A DNA stretch of 64,000 nucleotides. It comes from Tubiluchus corallicola (lineage: Eukaryota > Animalia > Priapulida). The stretch is from assembly GCA_030141605.1 (NCBI GenBank), contig JAQGDQ010000607.1, forward strand, positions 65,842 to 129,841. Reading direction: 5' to 3'. The notes below the pieces were generated by a model that was given only the letters and a program-made list of their open reading frames with translations, made no database searches and was not told the DNA's origin. Position numbers and translations under genes: made by a program. The number at the start of each line of letters is the position of its first letter. The stretch's first letter is position 1. Below are positions 24,001-34,563 of this stretch, piece after piece.

Positions 24001-24064
24001 AAAAGCAGGATCGAAGAAAACGGAAGATGTTGCCGATAAAATGAAAGAACTAAATACAAAATAG
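4204..24064 (+). CDS. SARS1: Cytosolic seryl-tRNA synthetase, complete spliced gene: join(4204-4339,5528-5598,6634-6717,8108-8266,10461-10601,11902-12057,15217-15438,17085-17214,19730-19887,23103-23232,23928-24064), 1524 nt, 507 aa
   Basis: All exons bounded by AG/GT with consistent phases. The translation matches eukaryotic SerRS throughout: [44 protein letters not shown], motif 2 [36 protein letters not shown], motif 3 [21 protein letters not shown]. Confidence 0.98.
4765..5430. repeat. Composite dispersed repeat; inverted copy at ~35275-35945
   Basis: Near-identical reverse-complement match (the ORF track shows twin ORFs [12 protein letters not shown] on opposite strands). Confidence 0.9.
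5528..5598 (+). CDS. SARS1: SerRS exon 2
   Basis: ttttcag acceptor; (L)[23 protein letters not shown]; gttagt donor. Confidence 0.95.
5633..5978 (-). mobile_element. RTE-clade LINE 3' remnant
   Basis: Minus-strand HVTNVEVL...LAGHILRL...[16 protein letters not shown]...AADRTQW with stops; short repeated ggtaa tail. Confidence 0.85.
6104..6576 (+). mobile_element. MITE family H copy (degraded ends)
   Basis: Homologous to 9319-9833 and 22442-22981. Confidence 0.85.
6634..6717 (+). CDS. SARS1: SerRS exon 3
   Basis: [28 protein letters not shown]; gtaagg donor. Confidence 0.93.
6894..7315 (-). mobile_element. 5S rRNA-derived SINE (SINE3-type), full length
   Basis: Reverse complement begins GACTACGGCCAAATCACGTTAAAAACACCGGTTCTCGTCTGGTCACCGAAGTTAAGCAACG...AGTACTTGGAT (5S 5' ~85 nt); GC-rich body; (CAA)n tail; direct repeat agtcgtcactaa at 6882 and 7312. 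Confidence 0.88.
7496..7918 (-). mobile_element. Tc1-like non-autonomous element, truncated
   Basis: Homologous to 39994-40638 and 61736-62207. Confidence 0.85.
8108..8266 (+). CDS. SARS1: SerRS exon 4
   Basis: [11 protein letters not shown]...[16 protein letters not shown]; gtaaag donor. Confidence 0.95.
9319..9833 (+). mobile_element. MITE family H (TIR CAGGGATGAGAAT), hAT-like
   Basis: Inverted termini; flanks gttctt / ggtctt. Confidence 0.88.
10461..10601 (+). CDS. SARS1: SerRS exon 5
   Basis: [12 protein letters not shown]...SHVDLV...GSRGYFLK. Confidence 0.95.
10841..11175 (+). mobile_element. Dispersed repeat, probable LINE (L2/CR1-group) 3' UTR; copies at ~5122-5430, 30100-30478, 35245-35590
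   Basis: Four copies sharing the gggcttatacaagcc...tagccc stem-loop and, in most copies, a (taaac)n tail. Confidence 0.7.
11354..11465. repeat. (TA)n microsatellite
   Basis: Directly visible. Confidence 0.95.
11902..12057 (+). CDS. SARS1: SerRS exon 6 (class II motif 1 region)
   Basis: [12 protein letters not shown]...[26 protein letters not shown]. Confidence 0.96.
12341..13367 (-). mobile_element. pogo/Tigger-like DNA transposon, internally deleted
   Basis: 26-bp TIRs (cagtagtcgccgcttaatagactcac), TA on both sides, remnant CENP-B-type [26 protein letters not shown]...[12 protein letters not shown] (12635-12823). Confidence 0.9.
13788..14086 (+). mobile_element. Truncated solo LTR, same family as 49230-49586
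   Basis: Starts tgttgtggagatcgctg; homologous over most of its length. Confidence 0.8.
14091..14562 (+). mobile_element. Kolobok-like family K1 3' fragment; other fragments ~22189-22320, 24650-25120, 34640-35165, 42590-42910, 49615-49780, 58400-59225
   Basis: Ends ttttctcgtcct|ttaa like the complete copy at 37889-38344; shared agtgagtggtgcaccctggag core. Confidence 0.75.
14588..15076 (-). mobile_element. Non-autonomous Helitron-like element; copies at 20142-20580 and ~60468-60590
   Basis: Minus-strand 3' end CTAG|T preceded by hairpin cgcaaa-aaaa-tttgcg; (TA)n at the 5' end; no TSD. Confidence 0.65.
15217..15438 (+). CDS. SARS1: SerRS exon 7 (motif 2)
   Basis: VIGKGSEK...[11 protein letters not shown]...[24 protein letters not shown]. 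Confidence 0.97.
15628..15740 (-). mobile_element. tRNA-derived SINE 5' part (Meta-SINE-like central domain)
   Basis: A-box TAGTCCAGTGG, B-box GTTCGAACC, then GGTCATACCAAAGACTTTAAAAATGGTACC. Confidence 0.75.
15741..16058 (-). mobile_element. RTE-clade LINE 3' ORF remnant
   Basis: [41 protein letters not shown]...LAQDRSAW. Confidence 0.9.
16489..16988. mobile_element. hAT MITE
   Basis: TIRs cagaggtgtgcaaatt / aatttgcacacccctg; perfect 8-bp TSD tattaagg. Confidence 0.92.
17085..17214 (+). CDS. SARS1: SerRS exon 8
   Basis: [17 protein letters not shown]...PYRIVAIVS, phase 1 donor. Confidence 0.95.
17438..17963. repeat. 20-bp minisatellite (gtccaggactatattgttta) x ~26
   Basis: Period 20 directly visible. 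Confidence 0.97.
19117..19415. repeat. Compound trinucleotide microsatellites (GTT/GAT/GAC/GCT)
   Basis: Directly visible. Confidence 0.9.
19730..19887 (+). CDS. SARS1: SerRS exon 9
   Basis: [36 protein letters not shown]...KKMNAQ. Confidence 0.96.
20820..21323 (-). mobile_element. Non-LTR retrotransposon ORF2 C-terminal remnant
   Basis: STKLRFL...ILKIRLNM...[17 protein letters not shown] (CCHC knuckle). Confidence 0.75.
22442..22981 (-). mobile_element. MITE family H, complete copy
   Basis: TIR cagggatgagaat / attctcatccctg; 6-bp direct repeat aaatct on both sides. Confidence 0.9.
23103..23232 (+). CDS. SARS1: SerRS exon 10 (motif 3)
   Basis: [43 protein letters not shown]; not in the ORF track, read by hand. 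Confidence 0.96.
23928..24064 (+). CDS. SARS1: SerRS exon 11 (terminal)
   Basis: [48 protein letters not shown] 24062-24064. Confidence 0.93.
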
Positions 24065-25610
24065 TCATCAATGACATCATAGCTAAGCAGTTTTAATGAG
24101 ATTAAAGAAAGGAAGTTTAATTTGGCAAATATCCGTATGATGGAAATTTAATCGAAGTCTGGCATTTACGATATATAACAAAATTTATTTCTCCTAATGA
24201 AGATGCAAGATTATATTAATACTGTAACCTGCACACATTTGATGCTAGTATAAGCTTTCTAATTGTTAATACACTCATATCTCGGTTTGCCGGACCTGGC
24301 TTTTACGGATATCGGAAGAATCAGACAAAACCTGGACCGTTAAAAAGTCCCGCGTACTATGGACACGGTCCGTTGGCCTCGCAAGCTGAGCGCTAGTTGG
24401 TGGGCTGTCACTTTGTTTACATCGTTATGTCAGTGTAACGACACTACTTAGCGCGATTGTTTCTACGTATATTATTGCGCAGAAAAGCGAAGTAAGACCG
24501 CATAAAAATAGTAAAAGCTCATTCGTCATACAAAAGTATTTCATTTAAGCATGCGCAGAAAAAATATAGAGTCAATTATGCGAAGTTATTTGAGTTAAAG
24601 CACAAGAAAACCCTTCATAAGCATAAAGCTTGGAACATTCGTTTTGAAATTTTATATCACTTACATACTGCCTTTTTGCACGCAGGACTTCAATCGGCAG
24701 TCACGCTGTATAAAACGTAAATTTAAACTCCCGCGATGACCGTTAGATGGAGCCATTTTCACGACAGGTCATTTGAAACAAGTTTAGATAACATTTTGTA
24801 AAGTTTGAAAAAATAAATAGAGAATTCGTAGCGCACACGTCACTAACTAAATAAAATTTAAAATTATTGTATCGTGTCAGTAAGATTAAAAATACGTTTT
24901 TGGTTAGTGAGTGGTGCACCCTGGAGGGTGAGTCCGCGATATTTTACCAATTGGTGAAAACATTTTAAATAACTAATAATTTTCTTTTCTAGTTACATAA
25001 GTCTTTCTAGCAGCTAGGCGAAAATCTAAGTAACATAGATTTGCAAGGAAAGTCTCTTGAGACATAATTTTACTTTGCCTTTTCTTCCCTTCACTTAAGT
25101 TTGGTGCATGACGTCATGTAATGTAGGTTAAATTAATACCGCAATAAGTGTGGATGTTATATTTATATTTATAAGCAACTGGTGTAAGGAAATGTTGATT
25201 CTATCAGGCAGATTTGTGGCTAAGGATAACACATAGAATCTTATTAATCTTGTCACTATCATTTGGTAAAATTAAATGTAGAGACTAAGTTATTTTAAAA
25301 TACATTCCTCTTTATGTATCTCTAATTTCTTTATTATGATGTTTGTCAAAAAATTACCTCACACCTTCTTGATTACCCCACCCATTTCCAGCTTCCTTGT
25401 TAGCTTGTTTTTTTCTGATTATCTGAAAACCTTCAATTTACGAGGTAACATTATTATTATTATAATATTTAATGTTTATTCACGATTTACAATCCATACA
25501 ATTACAATTACATGTTACAAAACATTATATAAACAATGCAATACATTACAATAAAAAAAACTACACCACACATGGTATATAATTGTCAGTACAATACACA
25601 ATAAAACACA

Positions 25611-25643
<33 letters not shown>

Positions 25644-26800
25644 TATACTGCCTAGGAGCAGTTTTACGGGCTGTCACACATCCATTTACTACGTATGTTA
25701 AGTGTTGCTTAACTTTCATTGCTAAACTGCGCACAGGGTGGCACACTGACTGTTTTTAATAAGATTTCATGTAATAATATTTATTGACGATTTACAATCA
25801 ATACAATTACAAGTTACAAAACATTACATAAACAATGCAGCACATTACAACGAAGAAAAAACTACACAGACAGAACCCCGCATTTTATATTATATTTGAA
25901 TAATGACTGCATCCATCTGTAAACAAATTTCATTATCAAGCCATGAATTTTGCTTATGTAATTTATTTAGATGTAGCTACTGCTGTCGATTAGACGAAGA
26001 CAAAATGATCCCTTCTTTACAATCTTGTTTACAACATGATGAAGATTGACCAGCGTCCAAAACGTCTATACGTGGGTGTCTGTGATTAAGCATTGACCTG
26101 CACATAAATAAGCCTTTTCACAGTTGCAAAAATTGATGATGATCATTAAAACTGCATATGTACCAGACAACGTATTTGTGCATACACTTGAAAACGCTTC
26201 GCAGCCCATGCTGCTATAGTAACAGTTTTAACAGCTAACTAGAACCTTACCTAGTTCATTCTTTCTTGTTCCGAAGCAAGATCATGCTAGTAAATCACTC
26301 TATTGACATTACAGAACTGATACTGCAGATGGCTTTGCTTTAACCATACTTCACATGACGGTTGTAGTTAAGACACATTGATACACTATACAGTAGATAC
26401 ACTTAACATTTAACTCACAGCAACTGTGTGTGTGTGTGTGTGTGTGTGTACAAATAAACTGCAAGACTTATTAAGCAATGTAAGTCCAGTATGGAATGAA
26501 TGGGTAGTTGGAGGAACAAGACGAATGACAATATAATAAATAACTTAGTAAATGAATGAATGAATATTTAATTAATTTAGTTTAGTGGATGCATGTAGGA
26601 AGGCTAAACAAAAATGAAATAAAACACCAAGCGTGGCCAGAATTAAAGCGACATTATCTTCAATTAGTGCAGCGATTGCACGATAGGTGATGACACCTGC
26701 AAAGTTTTTCGAATATGGTGCAATTTCGTGATAGATTTGGAGAATCCAATTACAAGAAAGCAAAAATAAATTAGTGCATCACAGAATATTTATGTATTGC

Positions 26801-27148
26801 ACTCTATCTCGGTTTGCCTGACAAAAGCGGCGAGACGTCGGTCCGAATTTACCGATACCAAGCTAACACAGTAGGTGCCATGTATTAGACTCACGGTAAT
26901 GTAGAATCAATTGCCTAATTGTCTCAAAAACGTCTAGTACAGGCCCCTACTGACATGCAAACTACACGCGTGTCGTCACACGCTGCTTGGTTGCACTGAT
27001 GTAAACAAAATGACGGTCCGCCAACTAGTGGTCAGCTCGGGAAACAACGGACTTTTTCCGTAGTGTGTCGGACTTTTTAACGGTCCAGATCTTGTCCGAT
27101 TCTTCCCATATCCGTAAAAACGAGGTCCGGCAAACCGAGATATGAGCG
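26801..27148 (-). mobile_element. Tc1/pogo-type MITE (TIR cactcatatctcggtttgcc); partial opposite-orientation copy at ~24272-24620
   Basis: Inverted termini; TA at the right end and at the start of the 24272 copy. Confidence 0.75.
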
Positions 27149-28180
27149 TAATTTTCTAGGCCTCTTTTTGCTAACGGACACTGGCTTACATGTATAGAGT
27201 CGTACCGTATAAGCTACAACTTTTATAGCTATGTGTGTAAGATATTATCTGGTATGATAAACGTTTTACAATAAAGTACATTATACAATTGATGTCTTAA
27301 TGTACGTTGAAAATTTTTTTGATCAATATTTAGTTCATATACCTTTTAATGTAGTGGTTCTCTGACTATCTCCCTTAAAAGTAACAGAGATCGTTGCTTA
27401 GGTACGTGGCAGTCTTGTTAAACACGACTGAATTATTAATCACAGTCTGTTGTAAAGTTATAGTTTTCCATTATGACATTGCGCATCAGTACATAACTAC
27501 AATGCATGACACAGTTATAGTGTTTGAAGAGATGTACATCCGTTGCGCGCGGTGGCTAAATTAATAGTATGCCTTTCATTTTAAATGGGTTTTTCTGGCG
27601 AGAGGAATGAAAATTAATTTTACATGGTAATTTGAAATAGTGTACAATTACAGAAAAGCGTGGATCTTCCATTAAAAGAACAGACACGGTAAGTAAAGTG
27701 GTTAGTGCAGTAGAAACTCAACATTGATGGATCTTCTGGGACTTCCCGATCTTGTAAATGAACCTGCACAAGTGAAGCGTTTTGCTAAGTTTAGCAGAGG
27801 TGACAAGATGACAGCAAAACAAGAGAAAAAGTGAAAAATGTGGCTGTTTCCGTGTTTTTTCCTCAATGAAAGAATCGTCCGAGTGTTAATTCCAGTTAAA
27901 ACTTGTCATAAACTAAAATTTAAACTTAGAGTATCTTGATTTCAAAGTTACCCTTTGCTAACTGGCTAAGCGCAAATCTTTGCACCCCTCTAATTCACTG
28001 TCAAAAAGAGAACTACTGCAACGAATAGAAACACGTTAAATTGCCAAATATTGCAGTAAAAACTTCAGTATGAAAGGTGGTTAGAGTTATTTCTAAATTT
28101 GCAAAAATGTTAGAAGGATTTAGTAATAAAACTGCAATAAGAGCCTCATGTAATTAGTAAAATAACTTTAACGTCTCAAT

Positions 28181-28452
28181 TGTAACAATACCATAGATAT
28201 GGTTTGTGTAGATCAAAGATCTCGGTGATTGTTTAGCAGTGTTCTGCATTCTAGACTGTCTTGCTGTTCTGATCTTCTTTGTTTAAGTTCCTAATTAGTT
28301 TAATAAATACTACTTTATTATGCACGCATTTGTCTGGTTGCAAATATTATTGTAGCGTGTAACATGGTGTCAGAAGTGGGATACGAACCCACGCCGACAT
28401 TCGCGGACATAGATATAGTTTGAGTAGATCAAAGATCTTGGTGATTGTTACA
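28181..28452 (+). mobile_element. LTR retrotransposon relic: short LTR (28181-28364) + tRNA-Leu PBS extended to ~28408 + partial second LTR
   Basis: TGTAAC...GTAACA LTR with AATAAA, immediately followed by TGGTGTCAGAAGTGGGAT (tRNA-Leu PBS); 28192-28233 repeated at 28408-28449. Confidence 0.8.
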
Positions 28453-29214
28453 GCGATCACTTCATGCTTGGACGCTCCCATTTTCAATGCCCATTCTTCT
28501 TCCAATAACGTCATTCGTTTTGAAAAAAATAGCACAGTGTTAGTCTTTCATCAAAAGTGTAATAAGTTTTTACAAAAAAATTAGATAGCTATTTTTGTAG
28601 TATTTTTGCATGAACATTAGGGAAACTGTAAAAATCTGAATTTGTTTAAGCAGCGCGCGATCACGGAAAATCACGAAGTCTCCCAGAGTTATGTCATGAT
28701 TTTCAAACGAATTGCAACAACCACCACGATTGAACATTTCTACTCGGAGGCAGCATATCTTAAATTTATGCTTTATAGAAAGCGTTTTTCCAAGTTTCTT
28801 TGTCTTTCCTTTAAAGATGTCTGAATGGGATGAAAGCCTGTGCAAAGGATGCGTTGCTACGGAAGCTGAAGACGAAAAGGTGTGATGCAAAATTTGCACA
28901 TTACTTTAGGAGACACCCTGCGCTATTCTCGGCACAATTTTAATGGCGACCTAACGTTGTCAGTTAGTCCAAGACAAGAACGGATGACGTGTGAGAAAAC
29001 CTCACTTGGTGACAAAACCTCACATTGTGCAAGTAACTCGTCTTTCACGGCTAGAAAAGGTGACAAGTTATCATCGTGTTCACAGAACTGGCCAACGTCC
29101 AAGTATCACCTGACCTACAAGAAGACGAGGTAGAACAGATAAACATTGGAAAGAAATACTTTCATATCTAAGTTTTCTTAAAGCTTGTATCGATATCAGC
29201 TGATAAGTGTGAGG

Positions 29215-29535
29215 CACGTGATGTAATGTACCGGGCGTCCTAAAACAAAGTGCACTAACCAATGATATACGCGAACCAGTATTATGCCATATAAAGTCCA
29301 CTTATAATGATAATATTCATACTGCAATGTACAATCTACAAAGACCAAGCCATAAGGTAGGAGAATTATGTAATTATTATTGTTACGTGATGTACAGGGC
29401 GTCCTAAAAGAAAGTGCGTTAGCCAATGATTTACGCGAACCAGTATTGTGCCATATAAAGTCCACTTATAATGGTAATATCCATACTGCAATGTACAAAC
29501 ACCAAGTGATATGGTAGGAAAATTACATAATTATT
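29215..29535. repeat. Tandem duplication of a ~170-bp unit
   Basis: gggcgtcctaaaa...gcgaaccagtatt...ccatataaagtccacttataatg occurs twice. Confidence 0.85.
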
Positions 29536-29749
29536 GTTTTCATGTCACTATGTTGTTATAATGCAGAAGCCAGGTTTATTTTGCAACAAATGAGCACACT
29601 TCTGCAACACTAGTTCTTTTGGAACGCCCTCTATGTTATTATAAATATAGTTTATATTTTATTTTGTTGAGCATTCGACATATGAGAACAAAAAACACAT
29701 TGTTCCTGTGCATAGGATGGAATGGCTCAAACGTAGTAGGGACAATAAT

Positions 29750-29965
29750 GCCAAAATACATGATACTAACAAAAGCACAATGATAACAAAAGCACAATAC
29801 TAACAAAACCACACTACTAACAAAAACACAATACAAACAAAAGCACAATACTAACAAAAATACACTACTAAGAAAAGCACAATACTAACAAAAGCACAAT
29901 ACTAACAAAAGCAAAATACAAACAAAAACACAATACAAACAAAAGCACAATACTAACACATAAAA
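29750..29965. repeat. ~17-bp minisatellite (aaagcacaatactaaca)
   Basis: Directly visible. Confidence 0.9.
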
Positions 29966-31509
29966 ACAACAATAGTAAGAACACATTTTGTAGGCAGCGA
30001 GTTCAAATTAAAGTTATTTACTGTCCTGTTTTTCTTCCCTTTTCTTATTGATGTCAAATTTAAAATTTATTACTAGGGTTCTCATTAGGCCATTAATGGT
30101 TTAGTTTTTTTAGTTTATTATTATCACATTCAGTACAATATAATGACGTCAAACACACGGTGACATCAAAATCTTTACGTCATACTGTATCAAATTGTTA
30201 TGTTTCATACACTATCGTTATCATAAAAGAATAATTGTACTGCAGTGGGCTAGAGAAGCAAAGGCTTGTATAAGCCCACTGTCATGTGAACCCGATAAAA
30301 AAAGAATGGATGAGTGAACAAAAAAAAAGAACTGGGAGAAAGGTTAGATCACACAGGAAGGATAGAAGGATGTGTTAGTGGAAATGGTAGGAAGAAAGAT
30401 AATAGATTGCGCTATGTTGACATTAGCTCTAAAGATTTATCAATGATGCCTTGTTTTGCATAATCTGTACCAGGATTGTGGCATGACAGCTGCAGTAGGT
30501 TTACGCCATTAATAATGATAAATTGTTCACTTACAAGCATTTCTGCAAAAGGAAATGTATATATATTGCTATGGAATGTGTGCACGTGTATATATATTGT
30601 TCCAAGGTTAAAATACATGGCAAAAACGACAATATAACGGTAAACGTTTGTACAGGTGTTACATGCTGACAAGACAAACACTCGGCGTTCAAATAACAAT
30701 CATTGCTATCATCTTATTGACACTAACAATTACGCTGACTGGCAATACACTTTTGTCACTCAAATAGCACAACTACCCGGGCATGTTTCCTATGAGTTTT
30801 GCTAACAATCACCACTGCTGTTGAAACACGTAGGGGGAATAAACATGCAGTCACGTGTGTACCACAGCAACCCGTCTTAACTACAACGTCAGGTGACATT
30901 TTGGTAAAGCAAAGCCATCTCACGCATTAGTTTGGCAAATCCAGTTGTTCTACGTGGACTTCAGTTAATTATGCATTAATCTGTGCATAGAGTGATTTAC
31001 TAGCAACGTGTCTTAACTACAATCGTCGTCTGACGTGCGTGTTGTTAAGGCAAAGTTGTGTGCTGCATCAGTTCAGTAATTTCAGTTCATTTACGTGGAC
31101 TTTACTCAATTATGCATTAGTCTGTGCGTAGAGTGATTTACTAGCAGGATCTTGCTTGGAACAAGAAAAAAATGAACTAGGTAAGGTTCTAGCTAGCTGT
31201 TAAAACTGTTACTATTGCAATAGCATGAGCTGCGAGGCGTTGTCAAGTGTACATAAACGTGTTGCCTGGTACACCTAACCTTACACAAATGCATTGTCTG
31301 GTACACCTAACCTTTGACCTTTTCACGATCATCAACAATCGCTGGAAATGTGAAAAGGCTTATTGTATGATAGATCTAAAACACTATTTTATAGTTATAT
31401 TTATACGAGTTGTGTTAGTTGCACACTTATTTTAGGAATACAGCGCGTGTCAGGGTGTCATATTTCCAAAACTGTCACTTCTAAACTGGATTATGCAATT
31501 AGTAACTAT

Positions 31510-32100
31510 AATTTGACAGAGAATTATTAGTTTAAGCATAATTTATTATAGGATTGGATCAGACAGTTTGAACAACATGATTTAGGATCCTCACCACAAC
31601 AGACTTCATACACTATTTACAAGAACATTTACAGTAAGAATAGACTATAACTACACAAGCTGACAAGTTTTACTACAAGATTACATGAGACATTAGTAGA
31701 AAATGACGGTTAGAAAATATTAATGCACGAAATTTAAGACTGATGTATTTCATATCAGATAGAAACTACTGGAAGCGTTTAGTACGTAATATAAAGTCAT
31801 GTATGCATTGGAATATTTTACAGTTAGCAACGTAGTTAAATTCATCTTTTCCGAACAATAACAACTTCAACAGATCATTAGTTCCTAAGGCAGCTATTTT
31901 AAGGTTTTCAGGCAGAAGCATTTCATTTAATTTATCAAACATAACAACCCTAGTTTGTTGATACAATGGGCAGTGCAACAAAAAGTGTTCAACAGACTCA
32001 AATCGAAATCCACAGTTACAATTCGGCAATATTGGATGACCGTTACTATCTTTACAGCCTTTAGAGAAAAGGTCAAAGTTTAGCTGAGAAAATCCGATAA
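31510..32100 (-). mobile_element. CR1/L2-group LINE 3' end (ORF2 C-terminus + 3' UTR); UTR copy on + at 59381-59628
   Basis: PNCNCGFRFESVEHFLLHCPLY...IHDFILRTKRFQ*. Confidence 0.85.
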
Positions 32101-32428
32101 CAGCAGAGAATTATTCTGCTGTTACGTAGTATTTCTCCATAATTCAGTTGATCTATAAACACGAAGTATAAACACGAATCTTGCATTTAATTCTTGCTTT
32201 TTTTGATTACAGTGTAACAGTTGCCATGCACACGAATCACCTCGTCTGGGAGTCGATTTACTAACGAAATTAAGTCTTTAATGATTATCGACGAATAATT
32301 CCAGAAAACCAGCTGTTACCCGAGTAGAATAAACGTCAAAATGACTGTGATATTACTGCAAGTAAATTACGCTTACCATAATAATCGCGCGACTGTATTT
32401 GAATAGAAGAATTGTTCATACTCTTGTG

Positions 32429-32479
32429 ATGTCAGACATGGAGGGGATGACAGTAACTTATGATAATAAAGCATTTGAG
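32429..32479 (+). CDS. Ninjurin A putative exon 1
   Basis: MSDMEGMTVTYDNKAFE then consensus donor AG|gtaagt, phase 0. Confidence 0.6.
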
Positions 32480-34518
32480 GTAAGTGTGTTTTCATGCATT
32501 CTTTTTTTTTAGTTTCATTATTGATAATACTGTGAAAATGACTCATAGTTATGTACTATTTGTTGTAAAGCTTTTTATTACCCCCAAAATGTTAAAGGAA
32601 AACCGGATGATTGTGTAAACATTAGTTCAGAATAAAGAATGCTCTAAAATATTGAAAACTACAATAGCTTATTTTAAGTCAAAGCTTAGATTAAATGATA
32701 ATTACCTCAATGATACTCAAATTTCGTTAAACTTTCATAGTTATGCGAGGCTCAGTGAAGATTGCGCATTTTTGTCACGTGCGCGTGGCCGACAAATAGA
32801 AGGCGGCACCGTGATAACCATGATCATGAACTGTAGTGTTAGTTTCTGACGTCATATGATGTAAAGCCCATTTTTCGGGACATCATGCGTTTAAACAGTA
32901 CTGTAACACTTATGCAAATGTGCTTGACGCGCATGGGAAGACGCTTGCCATTGCACAAACTGTGGTTAGTTTCTAACCTAAGCGATAGCTGTGTTCGGTT
33001 GCCGTTAATTAACTTTCTAAGCTAATTATTAAAACATAAGAAACAATTGCTAACTTTTATAGGCAAGAAAATGTATATTTTGGACAGTAAATTAAAATGA
33101 GATTGAGTCTACACAATCGTCCGGTCTTCCTTTTAAGATTTTTATGGTTTTCATCTTGATGCAACAAGGAAAATTTATATACGCCTATTAGATATGCTAG
33201 ATGATGCTAAGAATTAGGCTGAAACTGCTAAATTGCCATATTACTAGTCTTCTGGTCATTCGCTGCTTATGTGTTGCAGCTGTAGTTGCAGTATTGGCTC
33301 TACGAAACACCATTTCTTCTGTAATTATTGCTATCATCGTTTATATTGCAGCTATCACTGTTGTCGTCACCATCAATTTACATAAACAGAAAAGCTTTTT
33401 TCATATTTGGACTATTATCATTGTACAGTATGCTCTGTCTGTGCAATCATTATTGTTTATTAGCCTTGTTTTTTTCGTTGTTTTTCCCATTATAGCCATG
33501 CTTTTACTTTTTCTCTTTCTCTCTCACGCTCTCTTTCTCTGTCTCTCTCGCCTTCTCCCTTTTTCTCCCTTCTCTCTCTCACACGCTCTTTTTCTCTGTC
33601 TCCCTCTCTCTCTCTCTTTCTCCTTCTCTCTCTTTCTCTTTCTACTTCTCTCTCTCTCGCTCTCTTTCTCCTCTCTCTCTTTCTTTCTCATTCTCTTTCT
33701 CTTTCGCTCTCTTTCTCCTTCTCTCTCTCTCTTTCTCCTTCTCTCTTTCTCATTCTCTTTCTCTTTCGCTCTCTTTCTCCTTCTCTCTCTCTTTCTCCTC
33801 TTTTTCACTCGCTTTTACCCTGTCTGTTGCTAACGAGTGCCTTTGTTTAACCTCTGCATTCAGCTTGATGTATTTATAGTTTTGAGTCATAAATGTAGTG
33901 GTTTCAGGAGGGCAGCTTTTTGACTGGCTTCATGCTCTCAAGCAAACGCTGTTCAGTGCATTATAAACACTGCTGTACTTCCTGCGCGTTAATTATACAA
34001 AACTTTAATAATTTATTAGTGTGGCTCCCATATGTGATGTCAATGAAACTCTAATAACAGACTAGCTGATTACTATGAGAGTTGTTGTATTAAAAACAGA
34101 TGACTCTACCTCTGTGTTTTTAATCATCTAAAACAAGTTCCGTGACAACAAGAACATGGAAATAGAAGAATGCAATCAAGCAAAATGTGATGAAAAATAT
34201 AGACAGTATAAATGAGCTTCAGGAATTTCAACCAGGAATTTGAGTAAAAAAGAAAGTAACAGATGTTTGAGTTGGAGGGAGTTGGGAGTGATGAGGTATT
34301 ATTTTATTGTTCAGTCGTAATGTATTTAAGCACGCGTTGCCCTCTGCATGTCAGTTTTTTCCAGCTTCTTCAAAAACAAGTTTGGTTTCTCTCCCTCGTT
34401 TTTTCTCTGTGCCCCTCTCCCTCTCCCTTCTTTCTGTCTCTCTCTCCCTCTCTCTCTTTTTCTCCTTCTCCCTCTCTTTCTCTCCCTCCTCTCTCTTTCT
34501 CATATCTCTCTCGCTCTT

Positions 34519-34563
<45 letters not shown>

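Noticed and set aside
28365-28408. tRNA-Leu gene
   Set aside because: Only the 3' half, with encoded CCA and abutting an LTR: a primer copy, not a gene.
28880-29130. Complex sequence with short ORFs on both strands
   Set aside because: No recognisable protein and no in-frame splice acceptor found.
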